A DNA stretch of 64,000 nt. It comes from an uncultured Lentisphaeria bacterium. GTDB lineage: Bacteria > Verrucomicrobiota > Lentisphaeria > Victivallales > Victivallaceae. The notes under the pieces were generated by a model. It made no database searches. It saw nothing but the letters and a program-made list of their open reading frames with translations, and was not told the DNA's origin. The translations under genes were made by a program, and so were the position numbers. This document shows positions 48,101 to 55,532 of this stretch, in pieces; position 1 is the first letter of the stretch, and each line of letters begins with the position of its first letter. The stretch spans positions 4,174-68,173 of the forward strand of contig CASFJW010000048.1 in the NCBI GenBank assembly GCA_949295105.1, read 5' to 3'.

Positions 48101-48895
48101 TCAGATTGTTCTCTTGTTGCCGTTCGCGTCGCCGTAAGAGACAAACAGCGATGTACCATCTTCGTTCTTGATTTCCGCCTTGACCTCCTGCGGAAGTGCT
48201 TTGGCGACATGTCCGTCGATCCAACCTATATTCGCACGGTCGCTGTGCCGGAAGTGGGCGATATTGGTACTGCCGCTCGCAAACGACCATTCAAATATCT
48301 GCTTGCGGGGAGTCAGGGTTGTGGCGATGGAATCGGTAAGAATCATCTTGTTCCCGGTTATTCCGTTAAATTCGATACATTCACTGCCGCCGGGAGTGAC
48401 GGTATAGGAACGGAGGTACGGCCCCCAGTTGGTCATATAACGGGGCATGCCGTAAATCAACTGACGGGCCGGATCGACGGCGGCATTGAATTTGCCGTCC
48501 GGATTCAGCGATGGGCAGATCATCAGATCGACATTCGATACATATCCGGTGTAGTTCAGCAGATACCCCCAGGGCATGTTCTTGACATACCAGGTCTCCG
48601 AAGCTCCACCACGGACAATGAACTTTCCCTTATTGTCATTGATATAAAAACTGAGACTGGAAAGCACCTCTTTCTCCCGGCCGACGCAGGAAGTCGCCTT
48701 GGCAGCTTCCCGGGCTCTGGAAAGTGCCGGCATCAACATCGCCGCGAGAATCGCAATGATCGCAATCACCACCAGCAATTCGATCAATGTGAACCCCTGC
48801 CGCTTTGGCAAAACCGACTTGGAGTATCCGTTGTCCGGTGATGATTGACTTCTCTGGACAGTAACAACTCCTGCCGGTTGCTTCAACATCTTCAT
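48101..48895 (-). CDS. Prepilin-type N-terminal methylation-motif / H-X9-DG protein (pseudopilin-like paralogue 2)
   Basis: GGGAGG RBS 7 nt before the [38 protein letters not shown], and [15 protein letters not shown]. Confidence 0.85.
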   Translation of the reverse strand: MKMLKQPAGVVTVQRSQSSPDNGYSKSVLPKRQGFTLIELLVVIAIIAILAAMLMPALSRAREAAKATSCVGREKEVLSSLSFYINDNKGKFIVRGGASETWYVKNMPWGYLLNYTGYVSNVDLMICPSLNPDGKFNAAVDPARQLIYGMPRYMTNWGPYLRSYTVTPGGSECIEFNGITGNKMILTDSIATTLTPRKQIFEWSFASGSTNIAHFRHSDRANIGWIDGHVAKALPQEVKAEIKNEDGTSLFVSYGDANGNKRTI

Positions 48896-48967
48896 TTAGC
48901 ATCCTCCCTTTTTTGATTCGGTGATTTCCCGTCGCCATCCGGAAATATTCCTGGATTGCCAATAATT

Positions 48968-49040
48968 ATTTTAAACAGACGGGTACAAAAAAGCAATGGA
49001 GCCCTATGTCAATTTTCATTATAAAATCATGTCAATTTTC
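48968..49040 (-). promoter_or_regulatory. Promoter with upstream direct repeats: 2x GAAAATTGACA (23-bp period), N10, TTGCTT, N17, TAAAAT (minus strand)
   Basis: Plus-strand coordinates: TGTCAATTTTC at 49007-49017 and 49030-49040, AAGCAA at 48991-48996 and ATTTTA at 48968-48973. Confidence 0.5.
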
Positions 49041-49104
49041 GTCATTTGGGGTTAAGGCGAGAAAATCTACACATCAATCCAACCCCGTACCGTTGAGAAT
49101 TTTT

Positions 49105-50013
49105 CTAATCAGATTGATTCTCCTCTCCGGACTTTTCCGCTCTCTCGGTGGTGATGCGGCGCAATTTATCTTCCCATCCCGGTGCCGCGGCCTCGGCGAT
49201 CCGCCACCAGGAGCCCCCCTCCTCACGACAGCGACGAGAAAATTCCGTCGGAGAAATCGCGAACACCCTCCGGAAAACCCGGGAAAAATAGGTGTGCGAA
49301 CGCCATCCGGTCATGGCGGCGATATGTACCACCGGTTCGACATCCTCCGCCAGCATCTCACAGGCGTGGCGCAACCGCACCAGAGTGATGTGGCCGCGCA
49401 CGGTGGTTCCGTAATGTTCCCGGAACAACCTGGTCAGATGGTGACAGCCGACCCCGGCATTGCGCGCGATCTCCGTCGCGGAAAGCCCCGGCCGACGGAA
49501 ATTAACGTTGATATACCGGTTGGCCATATCCGCGGCGTCACCGATACGTTCGTTTATTCCATCTCCGAGGGTACGCTGGAGAAGCTGAAGAATCTCTCCA
49601 AGCAGCGGGAGGACGTGTTCCGCCAGCCGCCGGGGCGGCAGACCCACCCGGCGCCAGCGCTCGAGCATCTCCAGGTGGGAAACCAGAAGTTCGCTCTCCT
49701 CGAAAACCGCGTCCGAACCCAGAATCGACTGGTTCAGGTAGGAACAGCTCAACCAGCACCATCCCACCCCCATCACCATGCTCGTCCCGAGCCCGGCGGG
49801 AGAAAGCCGCCGGTGAACACACCCGGGAGGAATCAGAATCAAAGCGGAAAATGTACGCTCACTGGGGCGCCGGGACAATACGATTTCCCAGAATTTATGC
49901 GTATGAACGCCATCACCGGGCAAATCATCCGCCAGCTCAAAATCCAGCGCCCGATGGCTGTCAAGGCAACGCTCCAGTTCCTCAAGAAGCCTCTTTTGTG
50001 CCGGTGTCATCAT
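49105..50013 (-). CDS. AraC/XylS-family transcriptional regulator (cupin-like N-domain + dual HTH)
   Basis: C-terminal LSATEIARNAGVGCHHLTRLFREHYGTTVRGHITLVRLRHACEMLAEDVEPVVHIAAMTGWRSHTYFSRVFRRVFAISPTEF. Confidence 0.85.
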   Translation of the reverse strand: MMTPAQKRLLEELERCLDSHRALDFELADDLPGDGVHTHKFWEIVLSRRPSERTFSALILIPPGCVHRRLSPAGLGTSMVMGVGWCWLSCSYLNQSILGSDAVFEESELLVSHLEMLERWRRVGLPPRRLAEHVLPLLGEILQLLQRTLGDGINERIGDAADMANRYINVNFRRPGLSATEIARNAGVGCHHLTRLFREHYGTTVRGHITLVRLRHACEMLAEDVEPVVHIAAMTGWRSHTYFSRVFRRVFAISPTEFSRRCREEGGSWWRIAEAAAPGWEDKLRRITTERAEKSGEENQSD

Positions 50014-50131
50014 GTTGACTCCGCAATACCGGAACCGGCGACATGATCTCCTGCCGCCGGTTGGATGAGTGACTACTCTTTAACTATTAATATAGTCGAA
50101 CCGCGGGTAAAATCAAGCATGAATTGTGGTT

Positions 50132-50164
50132 CAATTTGACAAATTGCACACTTCTGAATATATT
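50132..50164 (+). promoter_or_regulatory. Sigma70-like promoter TTGACA-N17-TATATT whose -35 lies inside a 15-bp perfect palindrome CAATTTGACAAATTG
   Basis: Palindrome at 50132-50146, TTGACA at 50136-50141 and TATATT at 50159-50164. It lies 57 nt upstream of the ATG at 50221. Confidence 0.5.
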
Positions 50165-50220
50165 ATTCCAGAAGGATTCCGTCGCCCATTCCAGCCATTC
50201 AACCGGAAGTAAACCACGTC

Positions 50221-52368
50221 ATGTACTGCAATTTCAGAAATCTTTCCGTCATCTGCGACGAAGACAGCCTGAATTTTTCCTGCCTCTTTTGTCCGAATGG
50301 AGCGGATCAGGAAATCAAATTCATCGACAACGCCGTTCTCAAAGTGATTACCGCATCAGGAGCTCATCCGGCAGCCGCCGACTATCCCTGCCGCAAACAT
50401 ATCATACAGCGCGAAATCGACCGTCAGGTGTTGATTATTCAGCTGTCCGGCGGAACTTATCCGGCAGAGACTCTGGAACTCCGTTTCACTCTGACGGCGG
50501 AGCGGCTTCTGATCCAGAGCTTCTCCCGGGCAACCGTCGGAATCGAAGGCGAAATCCTCTGGGGAAAAGAGCCGGCGACTTCCACCTTCGGCGTCCGACT
50601 CAATGCGGAAGAATCCCGACTCCGCTCCGCCTGCGGTCCGGCCTTCTCCATCCACGACAACGCTCTCTTTGACCGGCAGGAGGATCGGGTTCTGGAGTTC
50701 TGCAGCACCGACAAATTCCAAGTTGGTTTTGACTGGCAATCCGGAACATATCGTTTCCGCTTTGAATCCGGTCTCGATTATGGCCGCTCAATCGCCTTCA
50801 AAATTCACGAACACTTCTGCCGCGACAAATTCCATATTCCCTACGCTCCGGTGGACAAACGCCACGGCTTCACCACCCCGCCGGTCGGCTGGATGACCTG
50901 GTACGCACTCCAGTTCCGCACCGACGCCGGCGCCGTGATCGAAAACGCCCGGAAACTGGCTGAAACCTTCGGCAGATTCACCGACAAACTCTGCATCTGG
51001 GTTGACTGGGAGTGGGGACACCGTGCTTTTGGCGGACTCGGTCAGGACGGCGTGGACATTTTCACCCCCCGTCCCGAAGCCTACCCCGATGGACTGGCGG
51101 CAGTTGCAGCACAAATCCGCGCTCTTGGTCTGGTTCCCGCCCTCTGGATCGGCGCCACCAACGACGGCCGCCGCAACCGCCTGATGCGGGAACACCCCGA
51201 ATGGGTTCTGGCCCGGCATCCCGTCTGGTGCGGGCAATGGTGGGTGGATCCCAGCCACCCCGGCGTCATCGATCAATACATTCCAACGGTTTTCCGCCAG
51301 ATTTCCGACTGGGGGTACCTCGCCGTCAAATGGGACTGTCTTCCGGTCACTCTGACCATTTGCGATGAATACCATGACCGGTTTTTCAACGATGCCATCT
51401 CCTCTGACACCGCGCTCCGCAACGCCGTTTCTGCGGCACGTGAAGTTCTCGGTCCAGAGGTCTACCTGCTCTCATGTTCCGGGGAGACCGAACGGGACAT
51501 CACTTTTGCCATGGACAAATTCAGCGCCGCACGAATCGGCGGAGATGTTTTCGGCTGGGAGGAATTTCTCAACAACAGCGTCCGCCGGGTTCACCATTTC
51601 TATCCCTGGCACAATACGGTTCTGTACGCCGACGCCGACAATCTGGTGTTGCGCCGGGAGTTCAACACTCCGGCTCAGGCGCGTTCGCGGGTCTCCTTCA
51701 TCGGACTTACCGGACTGCCGGTGACGATCGGCGATGAACTTGCGGAGTTGGATGATTTCCGGATCGATCTGCTCAAACGGATCATTCCGGTTGCGGATAT
51801 TCATCCGATGGATCTGCACTGTCAGACCGCCGGAAAAACCGCGGTGGTCGTCAACCTCACGGTCTGCAAGCCGTTCGGCGAATGGCATGTGGCCGGAATC
51901 ATGAACCCGGGAGACACCCCCCTGGAGCTCTCCCTGAACCTGAATGCCGATCTCCATATTTCCACCGGAGACGATAAATGGTTCGCCGTTTACGATTTCT
52001 GGGCGGAAAAATTCCTCGGGATCAGCCGCGACAAACTGTTCCTCACGATCCCCGCGGGAGATACAACGGTGGTCCGGCTCACCCCGGTTGCGGATATCCC
52101 GCAGCTGATCTTTTCGTCACGCCATATTACCCAGGGTGGTTATGAATTGAACCATCTCCACTGGGATGCCGATTCCAAGACCCTGTACGGCAATATCAGA
52201 GCCGTTATTGGCGAACCGCTGAGAATGGCATTTTACCTGCCCGAACAATATCGTGCCGGAATACGCAACGCCCGGGGTATAAAATGTTCCGGTCCGGAGG
52301 GTGCGGTCCTGAATGCGGAACTGCTTCCAACCCGCGCCGGTGACGCCGCCTGGTCGATCAACTTCTGA
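50221..52368 (+). CDS. Alpha-galactosidase-like glycoside hydrolase (clan GH-D, GH27/GH36-like), apparently cytoplasmic
   Basis: 715 aa with no signal peptide. PPVGWMTWYA (compare GWNSWN), GYLAVKWDC (compare YLKYDNC, the nucleophile Asp) and ARIGGDVFGW (compare RTTGDI, the acid/base Asp). These motifs are compared from memory. Confidence 0.6.
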   Translation: MYCNFRNLSVICDEDSLNFSCLFCPNGADQEIKFIDNAVLKVITASGAHPAAADYPCRKHIIQREIDRQVLIIQLSGGTYPAETLELRFTLTAERLLIQSFSRATVGIEGEILWGKEPATSTFGVRLNAEESRLRSACGPAFSIHDNALFDRQEDRVLEFCSTDKFQVGFDWQSGTYRFRFESGLDYGRSIAFKIHEHFCRDKFHIPYAPVDKRHGFTTPPVGWMTWYALQFRTDAGAVIENARKLAETFGRFTDKLCIWVDWEWGHRAFGGLGQDGVDIFTPRPEAYPDGLAAVAAQIRALGLVPALWIGATNDGRRNRLMREHPEWVLARHPVWCGQWWVDPSHPGVIDQYIPTVFRQISDWGYLAVKWDCLPVTLTICDEYHDRFFNDAISSDTALRNAVSAAREVLGPEVYLLSCSGETERDITFAMDKFSAARIGGDVFGWEEFLNNSVRRVHHFYPWHNTVLYADADNLVLRREFNTPAQARSRVSFIGLTGLPVTIGDELAELDDFRIDLLKRIIPVADIHPMDLHCQTAGKTAVVVNLTVCKPFGEWHVAGIMNPGDTPLELSLNLNADLHISTGDDKWFAVYDFWAEKFLGISRDKLFLTIPAGDTTVVRLTPVADIPQLIFSSRHITQGGYELNHLHWDADSKTLYGNIRAVIGEPLRMAFYLPEQYRAGIRNARGIKCSGPEGAVLNAELLPTRAGDAAWSINF

Positions 52369-52414
52369 TCGCCTCGGTACCGTCAGCAGCAATACCGGGT
52401 ATTGCGGTGGAAAT

Positions 52415-52945
52415 TTATGCGCCCCGCTTCTGCTTGCGGGCCCGCGCCAGATTGGAGATGATGAAAACGGCGATGCCGACGCAGATGGCAATGTCCGCGA
52501 CATTGAAAACCGGATAACGCCAGACCTCCTTCCAGTGGAAGTCCAGAAAATCGACCACTCCCCCGCGCCAGAGGCGGTCGATGGAGTTGCCGACAAGTCC
52601 CGCCAGCACCAGCATGATGGCCAGATAACGTTCCGGAAAACCTTCGGCCAGCGAACGGAAAAAAACCACCGCCGCCAACCCGACCACCCCCGCGATCACC
52701 AGCAATGCACCACCGTGACCGGAGAACATACTCCAGGCCGCACCGTAATTGACCACATAGGTGAGCGAAAACAGATTGGCGATAACCGGGCGGCTTTCAT
52801 GCAGCTCGAACGAATGGGTAACCCACAATTTGGTCGCCTGATCGAGCACGACCACCGCCGCCGCAATAATACCGGTGATGATGAGAACCCGGCGTTCCCG
52901 GGGAGTGCGCGCCTCGATCGGCCGGAAACCGGCGCCGGAATTCAT
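52415..52945 (-). CDS. lspA: Lipoprotein signal peptidase (signal peptidase II)
   Basis: VVLDQATKLWV, NYGAAWSMF, VVDFLDFHW, PVFNVADIAI. The ATG at 52945 overlaps the dksA-like stop (ATGA). Confidence 0.85.
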   Translation of the reverse strand: MNSGAGFRPIEARTPRERRVLIITGIIAAAVVVLDQATKLWVTHSFELHESRPVIANLFSLTYVVNYGAAWSMFSGHGGALLVIAGVVGLAAVVFFRSLAEGFPERYLAIMLVLAGLVGNSIDRLWRGGVVDFLDFHWKEVWRYPVFNVADIAICVGIAVFIISNLARARKQKRGA

Positions 52946-53343
52946 CCGCGCTGCATCTCCTCGTGACGGGATTTGCACTTCACGCAGAAAACCGCGTAGG
53001 GACGGATCGCCAGCCGTCCCTCGGAGATCGGTTGACCACATTCCTGACATTTCCCGTAGGTACCGTCAACCAGACGCTTGATCGCGTCCTCGATCAGCTT
53101 GAGCACGTCGCCTTCCTCAGAAAGCATTTTAAGCTCCATTTCGTGCCTGGCATTGTCGGTCGAAATATCCGCCATGTGAGTGGTGGTGCCGCGGCGGTCG
53201 GCGTTGCTGCAGTCGAGAGCATCCTCGGCATGATACTGCATCTGGCGAAGAACCGCCTCGCGCGCCTGCATAAGCGCCTCGTAATGCTCCCGCGCTTTGC
53301 CTTCAAAATTAAGCCCGCTGACCCGTTTCGCCATATCAACCAC
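52942..53343 (-). CDS. DksA/TraR-family C4 zinc-finger protein
   Basis: 133 aa with a coiled-coil N-terminus and CQECGQPISEGRLAIRPYAVFCVKC. Confidence 0.8.
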   Translation of the reverse strand: MVDMAKRVSGLNFEGKAREHYEALMQAREAVLRQMQYHAEDALDCSNADRRGTTTHMADISTDNARHEMELKMLSEEGDVLKLIEDAIKRLVDGTYGKCQECGQPISEGRLAIRPYAVFCVKCKSRHEEMQRG

Positions 53344-53404
53344 CCTCCATAATATGTTATGACCTCATTGATAAAGAAGTCGTTGACAACTTGTACGTTT
53401 TCAT

Positions 53405-53433
53405 AATATAACGGTATTGACGGATTTTTTCAA
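53405..53433 (-). promoter_or_regulatory. Sigma70-like promoter TTGAAA-N17-TATATT (minus strand) for the dksA-like/lspA pair
   Basis: Plus strand: TTTCAA at 53428-53433 and AATATA at 53405-53410. The -35 overlaps the ychF stop codon. Confidence 0.4.
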
Positions 53434-54530
53434 ACCGAGAATCTCACATGAATCACATCTCCGTCGGCCACTTCGTACTCCTTGCCCTCGATGCGGAGTT
53501 TTCCCGCCGCCTGCGCCTTGCTCCATCCACCGGCAGCCACCAGATCATCGTAGGAGACGGTTTCCATGCGGATGAATCCCCGACACATATCGGTGTGAAT
53601 TTTACCCGCCGCCTGGGGTGCAAGCGATCCCTTCGTTACCGTCCAGGCGCGGGACTCCATCGGTCCGGCGGTGAAAAAGGTGATATAGTTGAGCAGCCGG
53701 TAGCCGGTACGGATCACCCGCGACAATCCCGATTCCTGAATGCCGAGCTCTTCCATGAACATCGCCGCCTCATCCGGCGAAAGTTTTCCGAGCTCATCCT
53801 CCAGTTTGGCGCAGACCGGAATGACTTCGAGGCGATGTCCGGCGGCATATTCGAGCAGAGGCTGAGCTTCCGGAAGTTTTTCGAAATCGGCCAGCTGGTT
53901 TTCGCCGACATTCGCGCAGACAAACGCCGGTTTTACGCTGAGCAGCCCGAAACTCTCCACCAATGCGGCAATTTTCGGATCATCCCGATCGTAATCGGGG
54001 CGGGTTCCGGCCTCCAGTTGTTCGATCAGTTTAAGGATCAGTTCATACTCGAGTTTGGCGTCCGGCTCGTTGGTACGGGCGTTTTTGTGAGCTTTGTCGC
54101 GCCGTTTCTCGAGCATTTCGAGATCGGCGAGCATCAGTTCGGTGAAAATGACCTCGAGATCGTCGGCGGGATCGCACTTGCCGGCGACGTGCACGACATT
54201 ATCATCCGGAAACAGCCGGACGACGTGAGCGATCGCATCGACGCCCCGGATATGACCGAGAAACTGGTTGCCGAGCCCCTGGCCCTGACTGGCGCCGCGA
54301 ACCAGTCCGGCAATATCGATGAACTTCAGCGTGGCCGGCACAATCCGGCCCGATTTCTCCAATTCGGCGAGTACCTGAAGCCGTTCATCCGGCACCGCCA
54401 CGATACCGGTGTTGGGTTCGATGGTGCAGAAGGGGAAGTTGGCCGCTTCCGCCCCTCCCTTGGAAAGCGCGTTGAAAAGCGTCGATTTGCCGACATTCGG
54501 CAATCCGACAAAACCGCAGGAAAAACTCAT
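53430..54530 (-). CDS. ychF: Redox-regulated ATPase YchF (Obg-like GTPase family)
   Basis: MSFSCGFVGLPNVGKSTLFNAL, DIAGLVRGAS and a C-terminal TGS domain (FIRMETVSYDDL). The start at 54530 is preferred to the ORF start at 54728. Confidence 0.9.
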   Translation of the reverse strand: MSFSCGFVGLPNVGKSTLFNALSKGGAEAANFPFCTIEPNTGIVAVPDERLQVLAELEKSGRIVPATLKFIDIAGLVRGASQGQGLGNQFLGHIRGVDAIAHVVRLFPDDNVVHVAGKCDPADDLEVIFTELMLADLEMLEKRRDKAHKNARTNEPDAKLEYELILKLIEQLEAGTRPDYDRDDPKIAALVESFGLLSVKPAFVCANVGENQLADFEKLPEAQPLLEYAAGHRLEVIPVCAKLEDELGKLSPDEAAMFMEELGIQESGLSRVIRTGYRLLNYITFFTAGPMESRAWTVTKGSLAPQAAGKIHTDMCRGFIRMETVSYDDLVAAGGWSKAQAAGKLRIEGKEYEVADGDVIHVRFSV

Positions 54531-54790
54531 GATTGCAAACCCTGATCTGTAATACTCCGCTGTCTCCGGAAAGTTACCGCCACTCCGCAGAAAATTCCGG
54601 AAACCACCGCCGTTTCCTGATGAAAAAAACCGCAGCCGGCGCTTCTCCGCTTCCGGATAACCTCCGCTCCGATTTTTCCGTATCAACGAAAGAATCGCGG
54701 CAGATACTCCACCGCGATTCCCCGTCAATCACTTTCAACCCCGCTCCGCAAACGGCGCACACTCCGGTGCCATTGCGGAACAATCAGGCG

Positions 54791-55225
54791 TCAATACGTT
54801 TCCGAAACGATCGCGCCGCGGTCAAAAATGAAGTTGTTCCAATCGTGTTCAACATCGACAACCCACGCCGGCCGCATCAGCGGGCCATAGCCGTAACCAA
54901 AACCATTCGGGTTGTCCGGGCAGTTGGGAAGCGGGAAGGGGAAGGTCACGATGTCAACCACTCCGACCACCTCCCGGGCGATGAAAAAGGTCACGCCGCG
55001 CAGAGTACCATAGGTGAGTCCGGCGATTCCGCCGGCTCCTTCGTTGACATCCCACATCTTCATCGGCACTTCAAGGGCGCCGAAGGCGACATTGGCGATA
55101 CCCCGGCTGAGTTTCTCAACCGGCTTCATGATCCACCAGTCTCCTTCCTCGGCCATCAGCTGTCCACCGCCGAAAACCGTTGCCGCCAGAATCATCGCCG
55201 CGAAAAACCGTTTCCCAAATTTCAT
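54791..55225 (-). CDS. Small secreted protein, possibly exosortase-system-associated TIGR04073-like
   Basis: 144 aa with a signal peptide. The pattern KLSRGIANVAFGALEVPMKMW...GLTYGTLRGVTFFIAREVVGVVDIVTFPFPLP resembles that family as I remember it. Confidence 0.5.
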   Translation of the reverse strand: MKFGKRFFAAMILAATVFGGGQLMAEEGDWWIMKPVEKLSRGIANVAFGALEVPMKMWDVNEGAGGIAGLTYGTLRGVTFFIAREVVGVVDIVTFPFPLPNCPDNPNGFGYGYGPLMRPAWVVDVEHDWNNFIFDRGAIVSETY

Positions 55226-55428
55226 TTGAATGTCCTCAGAAATATTTCCTAATTATTTCAGGTACGTTCCTCAAGCCATCGTTCACCAGGCCTGTAAAAC
55301 ACACCGGTCGACACGCATCCTTGATGCAATATAGTTTTAAATTTGCGAAAATGCAAGAAAATTTTTTTCATCGCAACATTTTTTTTCGATTTTTGTTGCC
55401 GCGACGACCCCAAAAGGTGGAAATCAAG

Positions 55429-55455
55429 TTGACAAAGAGTCTAAAATGATATATC
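55429..55455 (+). promoter_or_regulatory. Promoter-like TTGACA-N15-(TG-n)-TATATC upstream of paralogue D
   Basis: TTGACA at 55429-55434, TG at 55447-55448 and TATATC at 55450-55455. The short spacer is offset by an extended -10. Confidence 0.35.
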
Positions 55456-55532
55456 TTAACAGAGAAACGCTCCGCCAGGAAACCTGGTGGGAACTCTCGG
55501 TATTTGTTTCCAGAAACCCATGGAGGAATCTT

